Source: Octopus vulgaris
Taxonomy: Eukaryota
Direction: 5' to 3'
Assembly: GCA_951406725.2 (NCBI GenBank)
Contig: OX597833.1
Span: 40,920,001-40,984,000, forward strand
Length of the DNA stretch: 64,000 nucleotides
The notes under the pieces are model-generated. The model was not told the origin of the DNA, did no database searches, and saw only the letters and a program-made list of their open reading frames with translations. Shown in pieces: positions 40,507 to 52,649 of this stretch (position 1 is the stretch's first letter; each line of letters begins with the position of its first letter). The position numbers and the translations under genes are program-made.

Positions 40507-41293
40507 GGTGGAATTTTGTTTTACGCACTCCATATAACCCCCTCATAACTTTTTGGGGGTGGGGTGGAGGAATTCTCAGAAAATTTTTGCGGATTTGTAT
40601 TCTACGTACGGGAGTCCACTCGATTATATAATTTTTTTTTTCTTTATAATCTTTCGAAATTTGAAAAAAAAAAAAAATTTTTTATAATCTCGAAATTTGA
40701 AAAAAAAAAATTTGGTTAGCTTTTCGAATTTTTTTAAAATCACATTTTAAAATAAGGACAGTCCGAATTTTTTCGGAGCATTGAATGTGTTTATGTGGAG
40801 AAAGATATCGAAAAACATCAATACGTCAGACTGAAAAACAAATGAGGAGGGTATGAAGTGGTCGTGAGATGTGCTAAAAATAATAGCTAAATAAGCCTTA
40901 AATCACGCGCCAAGATATATATATATATATATTAGAGGGAAAAGGACAACAAAAACCAAGGCAGGACGAGTATCTCAGGTCATTTAGAATATTTGATTAG
41001 AGTAAGGTAAGTTTGAAGTAATTAATTAATTAGTTAATTAATTAATTATTGGATTCTTACAGCTGTTTCTGGGATATCCCAAGTGATAGGTTAGCATCTC
41101 CATATACTGGATATTCCGTCATCAGAGACAAGGTGAGTATGTATGAAAGTTCTAGACAGGGAATTCACAGTTTATAAAGGAATAAGATAGTTGAGAGAAG
41201 AATAAAGAGTAAAACAGTAGATGTTTCTGAAAATTTTTAAAAATTAGAAAAGTTTTGAGGGGTTATATGGCGTACGTAAAGCAGAATTCAGCC
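40507..41293. mobile_element. MITE-like element with ~37-bp TIRs, TA on both sides, containing nested insertions
   Basis: ggtggaattttgttttacgcactccatataacccc versus ggggttatatggcgtacgtaaagcagaattcagcc. Confidence 0.7.
41055..41128 (-). ncRNA. Minimal type I hammerhead ribozyme motif (Penelope-type), probably decayed
   Basis: Reverse complement: tct-CTGATGA-cggaatatcc...ggatatccca-GAAAC-agct-GTA-aga; palindromic loop 3; first stem II pair is a C.A mismatch. Confidence 0.65.
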
Positions 41294-41416
41294 TAATTTT
41301 GTTCAACAAGTAGATAGAAAAGAGCCTAGGAGCAGTTAATTCTCGCTCAAATATCAACCCACCAACTTAAACATAGAAAGAATATATTGAAGACTGTCGT
41401 TTGTTACGAACAAACG

Positions 41417-41447
<31 letters not shown>

Positions 41448-41843
41448 CATAGGAAAACTCTTGTACTGAAATTCAAAGTATTAAAAAATATGAAGAGGAC
41501 TATATATGCGTTAAATATAATTTTGGAACAATTTTAGCTCTATAGAAAAGAAACACCGTATCACTATAATTCATAGCTTCTCTGAAACAAATATTTCGAA
41601 TCTGTAAAAACAGTTGAATTATTTCAAGCTATTTCCGTAAGATCCCAATGTAATTCATAGCAGTCATAATTTCGCCACGATATAAGACACCAAAGAGTTA
41701 GATGTGGACAGTACAATCTACTATGTGTGGGTGTGTGGGTGTGTGCGCGCGCGAGTACGCGATGGACTTCCGCGAAGTTCCGTCTACAAAATTGAAATTC
41801 TAGACAACGATCAGCCCTGAATTTTGAGAGAAAGCATTTGCCC

Positions 41844-42240
41844 GAAGGCGGCGAGCTGGTAGAAACGTTAGCACGCCGGGCGAAATGCTTACCAGCATTT
41901 CGTCTGCTGTTACGTTCTGAGTTCAAATTCCGCCGAGCTCGACTTTGCCTTTCATCCTTTCGGGTTCGATAAATTAAGTACTAGTTACGCATTGGGGTCG
42001 ATGTAATCGACTTAATCCGTTTGTCTGTACTTGCTTGTCCCCTCCCCTTGTGGGCAATAAAGAAATAAAGAAATAAGAAACGTCTGTCTTTACGTTCTGA
42101 GTTCAAATTCCGCCGAGGTCAACTTTGCCTTTCATCCTTTCGGGGTCGATAAATTAAGTACCAGTTGCGTACTGGAGTCGATCTAATTGACTGGCACCCT
42201 TCCCAAAAATTTCGGGCCTTGCACCTAGACTAGAAAAGAT
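41844..42240 (+). mobile_element. SINE A dimer (tail A1 then A2) nested in a reverse-strand SINE B relic (~41720-42320)
   Basis: gcatttgcc duplicated on both sides; host motifs ttccgtctac and attgaaccc. Confidence 0.85.
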
Positions 42241-42640
42241 TGCATTTGCCAGAGGCGCTGCGAAGTAGAATTGAACCCAAAACTGCGTGTATGAAAAGTA
42301 AACTTTTTGACAAGCTTTCAAGGCATCAGTGAAACCGAGGCTACAATAATTAATTTTATACATTTGAAGTCATTTATTTCAGTAACTATTTCGAAATTCT
42401 TAACCACATGGCGTGTGTGTGTGTGTGTGTATGTGTGTCTGTGCGTCCATGTGTGTGTATATGTATACATACATATATTCATAAGTATATATACATAATA
42501 TATTCCTATATTCCTATAAATATATATATATAAATATATATATAACATGCACAAATACATTATATTATGTGTGTGTGTGTGTTTGTATTTTCAAAAAGTG
42601 AGGAAAGAAAGAAAGAAAGAAGAAAGAAAGAAAGAAAGAG

Positions 42641-42675
<35 letters not shown>

Positions 42676-43060
42676 AAAAATAAAGAGAGAAGGAGAAAAA
42701 GAAAGCTGGAGTGAAAAACGGAGGAAGAAAACGTAAATATTAGATTAAGGCCAGACAAGACCGGGTGTGGCTAAAAGCGACATGAGTTGAATGATTTACG
42801 GCAATAGTACTTAGGTCTAATGACCAGAGAGACAGACAGAGAGAAAAATGAGGAAAGAGAGAAGTGGTTAGATATGAATATATCGGGTTAAATATGAAAA
42901 CTCCCTACTAGAGAAGGGTCTGCTTATAACAAGAGAATGGGTGCGGCGATGTTTCTTTGAGTGCTTCACCCGAGATTGGTCATTAAGACGCGGGTAACCT
43001 GGTGACCGAATTATGATTTATATAGACTGTGGCCACACGTTGATTCTGAACTCTGTGTTT

Positions 43061-43122
<62 letters not shown>

Positions 43123-43156
43123 TATTATATCATATATTATAATATATTACATATAT

Positions 43157-43368
43157 AAGGCGGCAAGCAAGTAGAAACGTAAAGACGGTCGAAATGCTTA
43201 AGGGTATTTCATCTGTCTTTGCGTTCTGAGTTCAAATTCCGCTGAGGTCGACTTTACTTTTCATCCTTTCGGGGCCAATAAATTAAGTACAAGTTGCGTA
43301 CTGGAGTTGATGTAATCGACTGGTCCCCTCCCCAAAAATTTCGGGCGCTATGCCTAGAGTAGAAAAGA
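43157..43368 (+). mobile_element. SINE A monomer, tail A2
   Basis: Ends cccctccccaaaaatttcggg...cctagagtagaaaag; TSD-like aatata(t/a)tacatatat. Confidence 0.88.
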
Positions 43369-43403
43369 ATATAATACATATATATATATATATATATATA
43401 CTT

Positions 43404-44181
43404 TTAAAATTGTATGATAGATTGCCGTCAATTCATTCTCTCTTACCTGTTTGTGTCTGCCTTCCAATTGCTGTGTTTTTTACTGAGATCTCCCTTTTAG
43501 TAGAAGAAATAGCTATAACTCTTTGACTGCTATTTCTAAATTCGGTCTGTGGTAAGGCAATTCGTTGCTAAACCCTTTATTGCTTAGTATTACTTAAATT
43601 TTCCTCGAATGAGGCTTTTACATGCCGAAGACTACTTGGTGTAATTGATAATTATTCCAAATTAATTAATTTCACCCTTCATTATTACGGATAACCATAT
43701 TTTATCTCAGTAGATGACCATAGCATCTTGTTTTGGCTACACGCGGGTGGGAAGGGGCTGGTGACACAATCCTTTCATTCACACGTTGAGTTTGGTGATA
43801 CTAGTTGCGGATTCTAGCTCGCTCTGATACTGAGTTGAGTTGGTGCCTTCTAGTATCTCAAAATTCAATATATAATCACTTATGATTATAGTATTCTACG
43901 CTGAAGAGAAAAGAAGTTTGGGTAACGTAGAATTATTTAATATTTAATTCTCATGCTTTCCTAAAAACTTGATTTCGAAACGTGCGTCCGTAGATAACTT
44001 AAAATTGTATGATAGATTGCCGTCAATTCATTCTCTCTTACCTGTTTGTGTCTGCCTTCCAATTGCTGTGTTTTTTACTGAGATCTCCTTTTTAGTAGAA
44101 GAAATAGCTATAACTCTTTGACTGCTATTTCTAAATTCGGTCTGTGGTAAGGCAATTCGTTGCTAAACCCTTTATTGCTTA

Positions 44182-44185
<4 letters not shown>
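43404..44185 (+). mobile_element. Non-coding partial-tandem element (595-bp unit plus 187-bp repeat) in (TA)n; Penelope-pLTR/retrozyme-like
   Basis: 43404-43590 is repeated at 43999-44185 with one visible mismatch; (TA)n on both sides; contains a hammerhead; no ORF. Confidence 0.8.
43896..43993 (+). ncRNA. Type I hammerhead ribozyme
   Basis: Stem I CTACG/CGTAG; core CTGAAGA (43901-43907); stem II GAAA/TTTC extended by AAGTTT/AAACTT and AGAATTA/TAATTCT; GAAAC-gtgc-GTC, with predicted cleavage after C43988. Confidence 0.8.
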
Positions 44186-44237
<52 letters not shown>

Positions 44238-45154
44238 GTGTGTAAATGTAAAAAAATACAAACTGGGATAAGAACGTGAAACATTTAGAAGACGATACAA
44301 AAAACTCAAGCCTTCAATCTTCAGTCAAGAACCGGATCATCTTCGCAATTTCGGCTGATCAATCTTGAGATTGCTCCGATCTGGCCCCAAAGGAAAATCT
44401 AAGCCAAGCGCATTAGATTCCTTGGAAGAAAGCCTCGAATGTATACAAAACAAGGACGGAAAACCGGACGATGTTACACGAATAAACATACAAAAATACG
44501 TAAAAACAATAATGATAACACGAATAAGAATACAAAAATACGTATAAATAATAATGATAATAATAGTAACAACAAAATCAGGACGTCACAGACAAGCATC
44601 TTTTCGACAGGACGAGTAAATGTTTGAGCTGGCGTTAGAAAAAAGCCTTAGGGCAAGTGAGAGAAAAAAATGTGTCTTGCCGCAACGGCTGCTGACCACG
44701 AAGAGGCTAGCAATCGGTTGGCTAGTCACGTGTGAGGGGAAGAGAGAGGAAAAGAGGGACAGATGAATAGAGAAAGACGGGGAACAAGGAACAAAGGAGG
44801 AGGAGAAGAGAGAGAGAGAAAGAAAGAGAGAGATCAAAGTGGAGTGCAAAGTGTGAAGGCAGAGAAATGTAGGAGAGGGGGGAGAGAGACAGTGTTGTAG
44901 AGTCGTACCATGTGTTAAAGAAATATATACTTACGTATAAGACCAAAAAGGGTACGTCGACGCTCATATATATGTGTAAATGTAAAAAAATACAAACTGG
45001 GACAAGAACGTAAAACATTTAGAAGACGATACAAAAAACACGGACGGGACATTCGAAGCCTTCAATCTTCAGTCAAGAACCGGATCATCTTCGCAATTTC
45101 GGCTGATTAATCTTAAGATTGCTCCGATCTGGCCAGCCCCAAAGGAAAATCTAA

Positions 45155-45252
<98 letters not shown>

Positions 45253-45314
45253 TTAGATTTTCCTTTGGGGCTGGCCAGATCGGAGCAATCTTAAGATTAA
45301 TCAGCCGAAATTGC
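44238..45314. mobile_element. Second partial-tandem non-coding element (~734-bp period) in (TA)n, with an inverted terminal copy
   Basis: 44238-44406 repeated at 44973-45158; 45093-45158 inverted at 45249-45314. Confidence 0.75.
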
Positions 45315-45317
45315 TGA

Positions 45318-45371
<54 letters not shown>

Positions 45372-45407
45372 GCATATGTATGTATATATGTGTGTGCGCA
45401 TATATAT

Positions 45408-46420
45408 GGGGGCGGATCCCATAGGTTTCTTCGACTTCTAAGCTGTTTTCACTGCTATTCTGCGTTCGAGGTTTCCTTTATTTTTTTGTAAAATACCAAC
45501 TCAATCGGCCATTCAAAGTTATTCTTAAGGTCAAATTTTAGTTACTCGCAAGCCGTTCAAGGCATCATAACTAATTCAGTTCTCAGCCAAATTGAATGCA
45601 GGTTTTTATTAGCAATGAAGGTTCAATCTTCAGCTATATTTTGAGATAAAATAATTGGAATTTGGTTCATCAAAAATGTTAAGTCAAAATATGTGAGATT
45701 AAAAATGGGAGAGTAAGGCGAAAAATCGACTTTTAATTAAATTACCTCAGTTATTTTAAAAAGAAAAGCCCAGATTAATTGAGTTTAAAATAATGTGTTC
45801 AATGAGAAAAATCTTTTGGTGTAAACCTCGTTAAAAAGTATTAGCTAAGAAAAAAATTAGTTTGGCTTTAAGTGATGAAAAAACGGTAAGTAACCCCCAA
45901 AATTGACTTTGAATCAAAATATCTCAGCCATTCTAAAAGAAAACTATACAATAATTGTGTGCAAATGAAAGAGCTCTGGGAAGAATCTTATGGTGAAAAT
46001 CTCATCAAAAAATATTAGTGATGAAAAAATAGGTGATCCTTTTAATAAATCAAAATATTTTTCTCATTTTAAGATATTTAGCGTTATATAAGACGGTATG
46101 TGGTTTTTTGGGTAGCTTAATTTAATGTTGTAAAGCGCTTAACCGGAGTTTGACAGGTACGGGGTTCGACATTCTGTAGTGTCTTGCAGGCCACCATTTT
46201 TTTTTTGTTTTCTAAGCGTATTTAGCCATCTTCTCAGCTATTTTCGCAGCTGTTCCGCGTTCGGGACTTACTTCAGATGAAAGAGCGCTATGAGAAGAAT
46301 CTCATGGTGAAAAGATTGTCTAAATATATTAGTTACAAAAAAAGTTGTGTGGCTTTAAGTGACGGAAAAAAGATGATAATTTTAAGGAAGTAAAATTTTT
46401 TGTCTCTTTAAGAGAAAATA
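45408..46420. mobile_element. AT-rich relic with internal subrepeats, probably a non-autonomous DNA transposon
   Basis: aatct.atggtgaaaa...aaa.atattag recurs at ~45810, ~45984 and ~46298. Confidence 0.4.
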
Positions 46421-46711
46421 AATATTATTCTCTTTATGTATTAAAACATGCACATATCAAAAAGGTTTTTAAAATTTCACTCATTAAAAAGAACTTATTA
46501 TTAATTATTTAATTAGAATATAATATTATTTTATAATAAAAATTGATTAAAAATATATTTCTTTGTAACAGATATTCTGCTAGTAAGCCTTTGATGTTTT
46601 TAAGTGCAAACAAAATTTCTAAGTTAGAACAAAACCAGTATTGAGAAAAATATTTTCAATAGTATTATTTTTTCAGTTATAAAAGTAAATATGATTAATT
46701 GTAACGATAGA

Positions 46712-47593
46712 AGCATTGCCTGGAAAAAAGCGGACTAGAATGAAAAATGCAGGTGCAGAATCCAAGAGTATTATTAAGTATAGAACGTGGAAAAGTACAG
46801 GGCAAGAAGAAAATTGTTCATCAAGTAGTGTGTGCACTATTTTGCTTTTATATTTTTTTAAATTTTTATTGCAAATTTAAAAAAATTCAAGTTGATATTT
46901 TTGATTTAAAAATTTCTTAGTATAAAACTAAAACATTTGTCTTATTTTTAGTATTATATTATTTTATCAATTTTATTTTCTTAACAAAACTCATTATCCG
47001 AAAATTTTAAATCAGAGATATTCTGTTATAAAATTAAACTCGTGTAGAATAAATGTGACTTTAAAGAGTAAAAAAATAGTAAAAAGAATTTTTTAAAGAA
47101 ACAAAAGAATTAATTTTTTTTTAATTTTGCATTATCAGATAACAAAGTATTCTCTATTTACAGTTAGAAAAATATTTTTAAAAAAATGAAAGCTAATGAA
47201 AAAATTGAGTGCAAAATGTAGAGATGACTCCCAAGCTTTTTTGAAAAAAATTAGAGGTTATAATTTTCAATTTTACTCAATTTGCTATTATGTGATTTTT
47301 TAAACATATGAATTTGTAATATCAAATTCTTAATGTGTAAACTTGCAAGCAATTAGTCTTTTCATTAAAATTGAAAATAAACAGTTTGTTTGGGTATTTT
47401 GATTGAACTTTTTAAGTAAAAATTAAAATATAAAAGGGCATTTATCACTATTTTAGTATTTAAATTCTAACTTCAGCAGCAATATTTTAAGTCTTTTCTT
47501 CATGTCCTGTATTTTTCCAGGTTTAATAACTGCTTGTTCTGTACTTTACCCTTTTCTATACTTAGGAATCTGCACCCGCATCTTTCATTCTAG
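46712..47593. mobile_element. Foldback/MITE relic related to 55115-55682
   Basis: actagaatgaaaaatgcaggtgcaga (46735) is inverted at ~47568-47594; both elements begin gcat(t/a)gcctggaaaaaa. Confidence 0.6.
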
Positions 47594-47827
47594 TATACAC
47601 ATACATCTATATGTGTGCCTGTGTGCGTATACATACATACATACATACATACATACATTTTTTTCTCTCCTTGTTTCTCTCCTTGTTTTTTTCTGTGTCC
47701 CCTTCTGTAGAAGAGCGTAGGCTCGAAACGTAAAAGACTTTTTCTATTCCTGGGCGCTATGCTAATAGATCTGTTTGTTTTGTACACCACCTGTCTTCGT
47801 CCTTTGTTTATTTTCGTAAACTTTCCC

Positions 47828-47830
<3 letters not shown>

Positions 47831-47859
<29 letters not shown>

Positions 47860-48088
47860 CATACATACATACATACATAAATGCATGCATGCATACATAC
47901 ATACATACATACATACATACATACATACATACATACACGCATACATACATACATACATACATACATACATACATACATACATACATACATACATACATAC
48001 ATGCAGACATACATACATACATACATACATACATACATACATACATACATACATACATACATACATACATACATACATACATACATAC
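47831..48088. repeat. (CATA)n microsatellite
   Basis: Direct reading. Confidence 0.96.
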
Positions 48089-48689
48089 AGCATCTGCTTG
48101 CTTAGTGTACTTAACCACACGGCGGTGATTGCACGACGTTTTTTCTTTTTTATTTTGTTTAAACATTTTGAAGGAACAACATGTATTCAAGAAATCCATT
48201 CAACTAGTCGAGTTATCCTTAATTAGGAGCTGTACGACCGTAAGAAAGTGAGAAGTTACACAACATATTTTGGGACCTAGTTTAGAAAAATGGAATCTTT
48301 TAGAACGATGAGACAAAAAGTTTTTGAAGGTGTGACGCAAAAATTATTCATTACGGTTCTTATATTTTCGTTCCTTCAACTAATTTCAACACCATAACTA
48401 TAGACTGGTACAATAATAGTTGTATGTTATTGTTTTTTGCACTTCTTACCTTCTTGAATGCAATTTTTACCTGCTGATTCACCAACAATCAAAATGTTAC
48501 ACCTGGCTTGATAGAGGTAGGAGAGTCCGGTTTCGTTTGTCACACACATTGCTGTAAGCCAAATATGGACCCTGCCCCTAAACAGATATTGAGTTTGCAT
48601 GAATGACAAGGTTTACATTAAATAATGGGCTAGTTTATAATAATATTTTTGATTGCAACATAGGTTTTTAAAAAATGTATTCTTTTAGG

Positions 48690-49065
48690 TACAGACATTG
48701 CTGCGTGGTGAAGGAACTCGCTATGCAGCCATCCGGTTTCGGGTTCAGTCCTAATGCGCGTCACTTGCATGAATGCGTTCTATTATAGGCTCGAGCCGGT
48801 CAATGATTTGTGACGGAATTTGGTAGACGGAGTGTAAGGAAATCATCTGATATGTGTGTGTGTGTGTGTGTGTTTTCCGCTACCATCGTTGACATCCGTT
48901 GCTGGTTTGTTAATGTCCCCTTAATTTAGCGGTTGGGCAAATGTGACTGAAAAAATAAGTACCAGACTTTGAAAAATTAGTACGGTGTCGATTTGCTAAA
49001 CTAACCTATTCAAGACGGTGACCCAAGAGGGTTGCATCTCAATAAGTGAAACACGTAGAAGATTT
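48690..49065 (+). mobile_element. Old SINE B
   Basis: gggttcagtcc, tttggtagacgg, ttagcggttgggcaaa, aagtgaaac. Confidence 0.75.
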
Positions 49066-49099
49066 TAAAAATCTGTCTTCAAAGAAAAGTAAATATTAC

Positions 49100-49602
49100 T
49101 GGTTTCAAATTTTGACACAAGGCCATCAATTTCGAGGAAGTGGGTGAGTCGATTACGTCGATCCTAGTGTTCAACTGGTACTCATTTTGGCGCAGATAAA
49201 GAATACGCACACCACTCGTTTTTGGCGTAACCCTAATCCTAAACGCTGAAAACGGGTGGTGTGCGTATTCTTTACTTTAGCCTTTATTTTCATTTTTTTA
49301 TCGACCCCGAAAGGATGAAAGGCAAAGTTGACCTCAGCAGAATTTGAACTCAGAACATAAACATGGACGAAATACCTATTTCTTTACTACCCACAAGGGG
49401 CTAAACACAGAGGACACAAACAAGGACAGACAGACGGATTAAGTCGATTATATCGACCCCAGTGCGTAACTGGTACTTAATTTATCGACCTCGAAAGGAT
49501 GAAAGGCAAAGTCGACCTCGGCGGAATTTGAACTGAGAACGAAACGGCAAACGAAAAACCGCTAAACATTTCGCCCGGCGTGCTAACGTTTGCCAGCTCG
49601 TC
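49100..49602 (-). mobile_element. SINE A dimer carrying a small hairpin insertion
   Basis: Two cgaaaggatgaaaggcaaagt cores; head ttcgcccggcgtgctaacg. Confidence 0.85.
49189..49282. mobile_element. 94-bp hairpin MITE with GG...CC ends and TAACCCTAA centre
   Basis: aaagaatacgcacaccactcgtttt / aaaacgggtggtgtgcgtattcttt; interrupts the SINE consensus ggtacttattttatcg. Confidence 0.8.
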
Positions 49603-49809
49603 ACTTTAGTAAAGTACACAAATGAAATTAATTTTTTGCCAGTCCTTATCGCTTTGATGCCTTTATGCACTTTTGTTAATACACAATTAATTATACCTTC
49701 GTAGATATTTCGATTTTGTAAGTTACTATAAACGGTTTTCTCTAACAGGATACAGAATCAATAAATAAAAACTGCGAATATTATAGATATTTTCGAATTT
49801 TGCTGAAAG

Positions 49810-49974
49810 CATGGGCACGTTGCTAAGAAACTTGCTTCGTAAATGAGGGACTTCGAGTCCAGTCCCACCACGCGAAATCTTTGACAAGCGCTTTCTTTTA
49901 TAGTCCCATGTGAACCGGTGCTCCGTGAGTGAATTTAGGTTACGGAAACTATGCGGAAGCCCGTCGTGTATTTA

Positions 49975-50006
<32 letters not shown>

Positions 50007-50230
50007 TGTGTACAAAGAGAAAGAGATGTGTGTGTGTGTGCGTGCATGCTTTCCTATCACTGCTTAAGAATCGGTGTTGGTATGATTACGCCCCTGTAAC
50101 ATACCAGTTCGCCAAGGGTCCAAGAGAATAAGAACTAGGCTTAAAACAAGTACATTCACTAAACATTTCAAGCTAACCTGTCAACACGGCCGAAGTTCAA
50201 TGACTGAGACAATTTAAACAATGAAAGAAA
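49810..50230 (+). mobile_element. Old SINE B
   Basis: aagaaacttgctt...cagtcccac...ggaagcccgtcg...aatgactgagacaa. Confidence 0.7.
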
Positions 50231-50692
50231 AGCAATATATTGACAAATTTAACTTGATTCTTACGAAAGGAATGGCTGTTCTTATAAGGCAGACGTTGCA
50301 TCTACTGAAGACACTCGCATCATTACTGTAAACCAGCTTTGAATAGAAATCTTTATATTGACATTTGAAATGATAAAATGAAAATAGTAGCAAAATAATG
50401 CATACATCCTTGTAAGTTACAAAAATAATGTTTTACATTCTCCTGCGATAATAAAAATTCTAATTAAACATTGTAATGTGTTTAGCTACATCAGGGCATC
50501 ACATGTTTGCATCTTTCTATCTATGCATCTATATGAGTGTGTGTGTGTGAGTATTTACATATGTACATATATATATATATGTATATTTATAATAATATGC
50601 ATAATATATATATTTACATATATACATACGTATGTGTATGCATATATATTTACATGTGTGTGTGTGTGTATGTATCTGCATCTGTGCGTTGT

Positions 50693-50765
<73 letters not shown>

Positions 50766-51022
50766 CAAGAAACTTCATAACAAACATAGCTACCAAGAGT
50801 ATTTATTATACATAAGAACATATTGCCACAATCTTAGAAAGACGAAAGTCAGTGTGCTTGTGTGTGTGTGTGGGTTTGTGTGTGTGTGTGTACGTGTGTG
50901 TGTGTGTGTACGTGTGCATGTGTGTCCGTACATGTGTGTGTGTGTAGGTGTAGGTGTGAGAGAGAAAAAGTACGTGTATGTCTTGAGAGTGTCTGTGGGT
51001 GTACTGTATACATAGACACACG

Positions 51023-51096
<74 letters not shown>

Positions 51097-51543
51097 TACG
51101 TGTAAGACAGCGGCAGAGTGTGTATTTGTATGGTGTGGTGTGTGGTAAAGCAAGACCGAATCCGCAACACAAATAAACCAACGTTTTGTTCAATTTCGTC
51201 AATTCGAGGCCGCCTTGCTAAAACAACAGACAGAAAACCTTTTTAGTTGTTGGCCAACTTAATGGTAAGTGAAGCTTCATAGGGGAGCTAGGGATGAGGG
51301 AAGGGAGATTCCTGAGAGTAGGAGGGTGTTGAGGTGTGTGGAAAGTGAGTGGGGACGGGTCTTCATAGAGGACCACATTTCGAAAGATGAGGTAACTCCC
51401 TCCCCCACCAACATTAATTCTGTAGTAGCTGTCATAAAGTTTTTAGTAGGAGGTGACTTTCAATAAATATGTATTGTGTGTATTGCGCTGTGTGATGGGA
51501 TAGGAGCTTTGTTTATCTCTCTCCCGACCTCCCCTCTCCGTGC

Positions 51544-51576
<33 letters not shown>

Positions 51577-51593
51577 TGTATGTATGTATGTAT

Positions 51594-51808
51594 GTGCTGA
51601 AAAGTTCCTAGCTTTAAAGGTATCGCGAAAAGCCTGGCAGGAGTGCCCAACTTCCCGAGTTCTTTTATAGATCTTAGAAAAACTGAAGGACTGCTGAAAT
51701 ACATGTGCGAATCTGAGAGAGGAATATGTTCAATAAAATCATAATTAACTAATTCTCCTGTATTTTTTTTTTTACTCCAAACTGGGAACTTTTCAGCACC
51801 CTTTCGTA
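51594..51808. mobile_element. Mariner-type MITE, inverted copy of 18452-18678
   Basis: gtgctgaaaagttcc...ggaacttttcagcaccctttcg-ta. Confidence 0.85.
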
Positions 51809-51837
51809 TATGTGTGTATATATATAGTTATATATTT

Positions 51838-52017
51838 CGTTTTGGGATTTGGTTTGCAAGATTTTTATGTGAGTTCGTGCGTTGAAGCATATTCCGTTGT
51901 GTGTGAGGAGTGTCATTTTCTTTTAGTGCCTTATAATGTAACACACTCACCGGTAAATTTTCCACTCATTTAATTTACTCTTCTAAAATTGTTGTTGCGT
52001 CTTGCAACCTTTTCAAA
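51838..52017 (+). repeat. Interspersed repeat fragment (related pieces at ~63245-63305 and ~63597-63680)
   Basis: Shared tttg.tttgcaagat...atgtga..tcgtg.gttga. Confidence 0.6.
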
Positions 52018-52018
52018 T

Positions 52019-52076
52019 GTTGTTGACTCTGTCCGTTATTCACACTCGAGTGTGAATAACGGACGGAGTCGACAAC
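52019..52076. repeat. 58-bp spacer-less palindrome
   Basis: gttgttgactctgtccgttattcacactc|gagtgtgaataacggacggagtcgacaac; 27/29 Watson-Crick pairs plus 2 T.G. Confidence 0.92.
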
Positions 52077-52110
52077 TATTTCAAAGGTTATATATATATA
52101 ACTATCTATG

Positions 52111-52184
<74 letters not shown>

Positions 52185-52249
52185 GTTATATATAAATAGT
52201 TTTATATATATAATTATATATATATATATACTTATATATAAATAGTTAT

Positions 52250-52339
<90 letters not shown>

Positions 52340-52340
52340 A

Positions 52341-52560
52341 TCTACTACATATGTCGGAAATTCTGTCTGTGTGTGTGTTTATGGAGTTGTTAGCTAATCG
52401 TTTTATCGATTTTCATGAAACTTAACGCCTGAGTAAAACTCATGTCTGGAAACATGACATGCTCAGATTTTTGAAAAATCAATAATAGGGCCCCTGGAAG
52501 GGATCCTTACATATATCTGATATGTTTCATATTAATAGCCAAGGGAAATAACCCATTTAT
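52341..52560 (+). mobile_element. Non-autonomous Helitron-like 5' end
   Basis: a|TCTACTA start, short ctgtctgtgtgt tract and cgattttcatgaaact motif; no matching 3' end found. Confidence 0.5.
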
Positions 52561-52649
52561 TTTCCTAAATCATTTGGTATAAATCAGATTGAATATGCTT
52601 ATTTCATTATATTTGAACTAATTGTTAGAGTTATTTATGCACTTATTTC

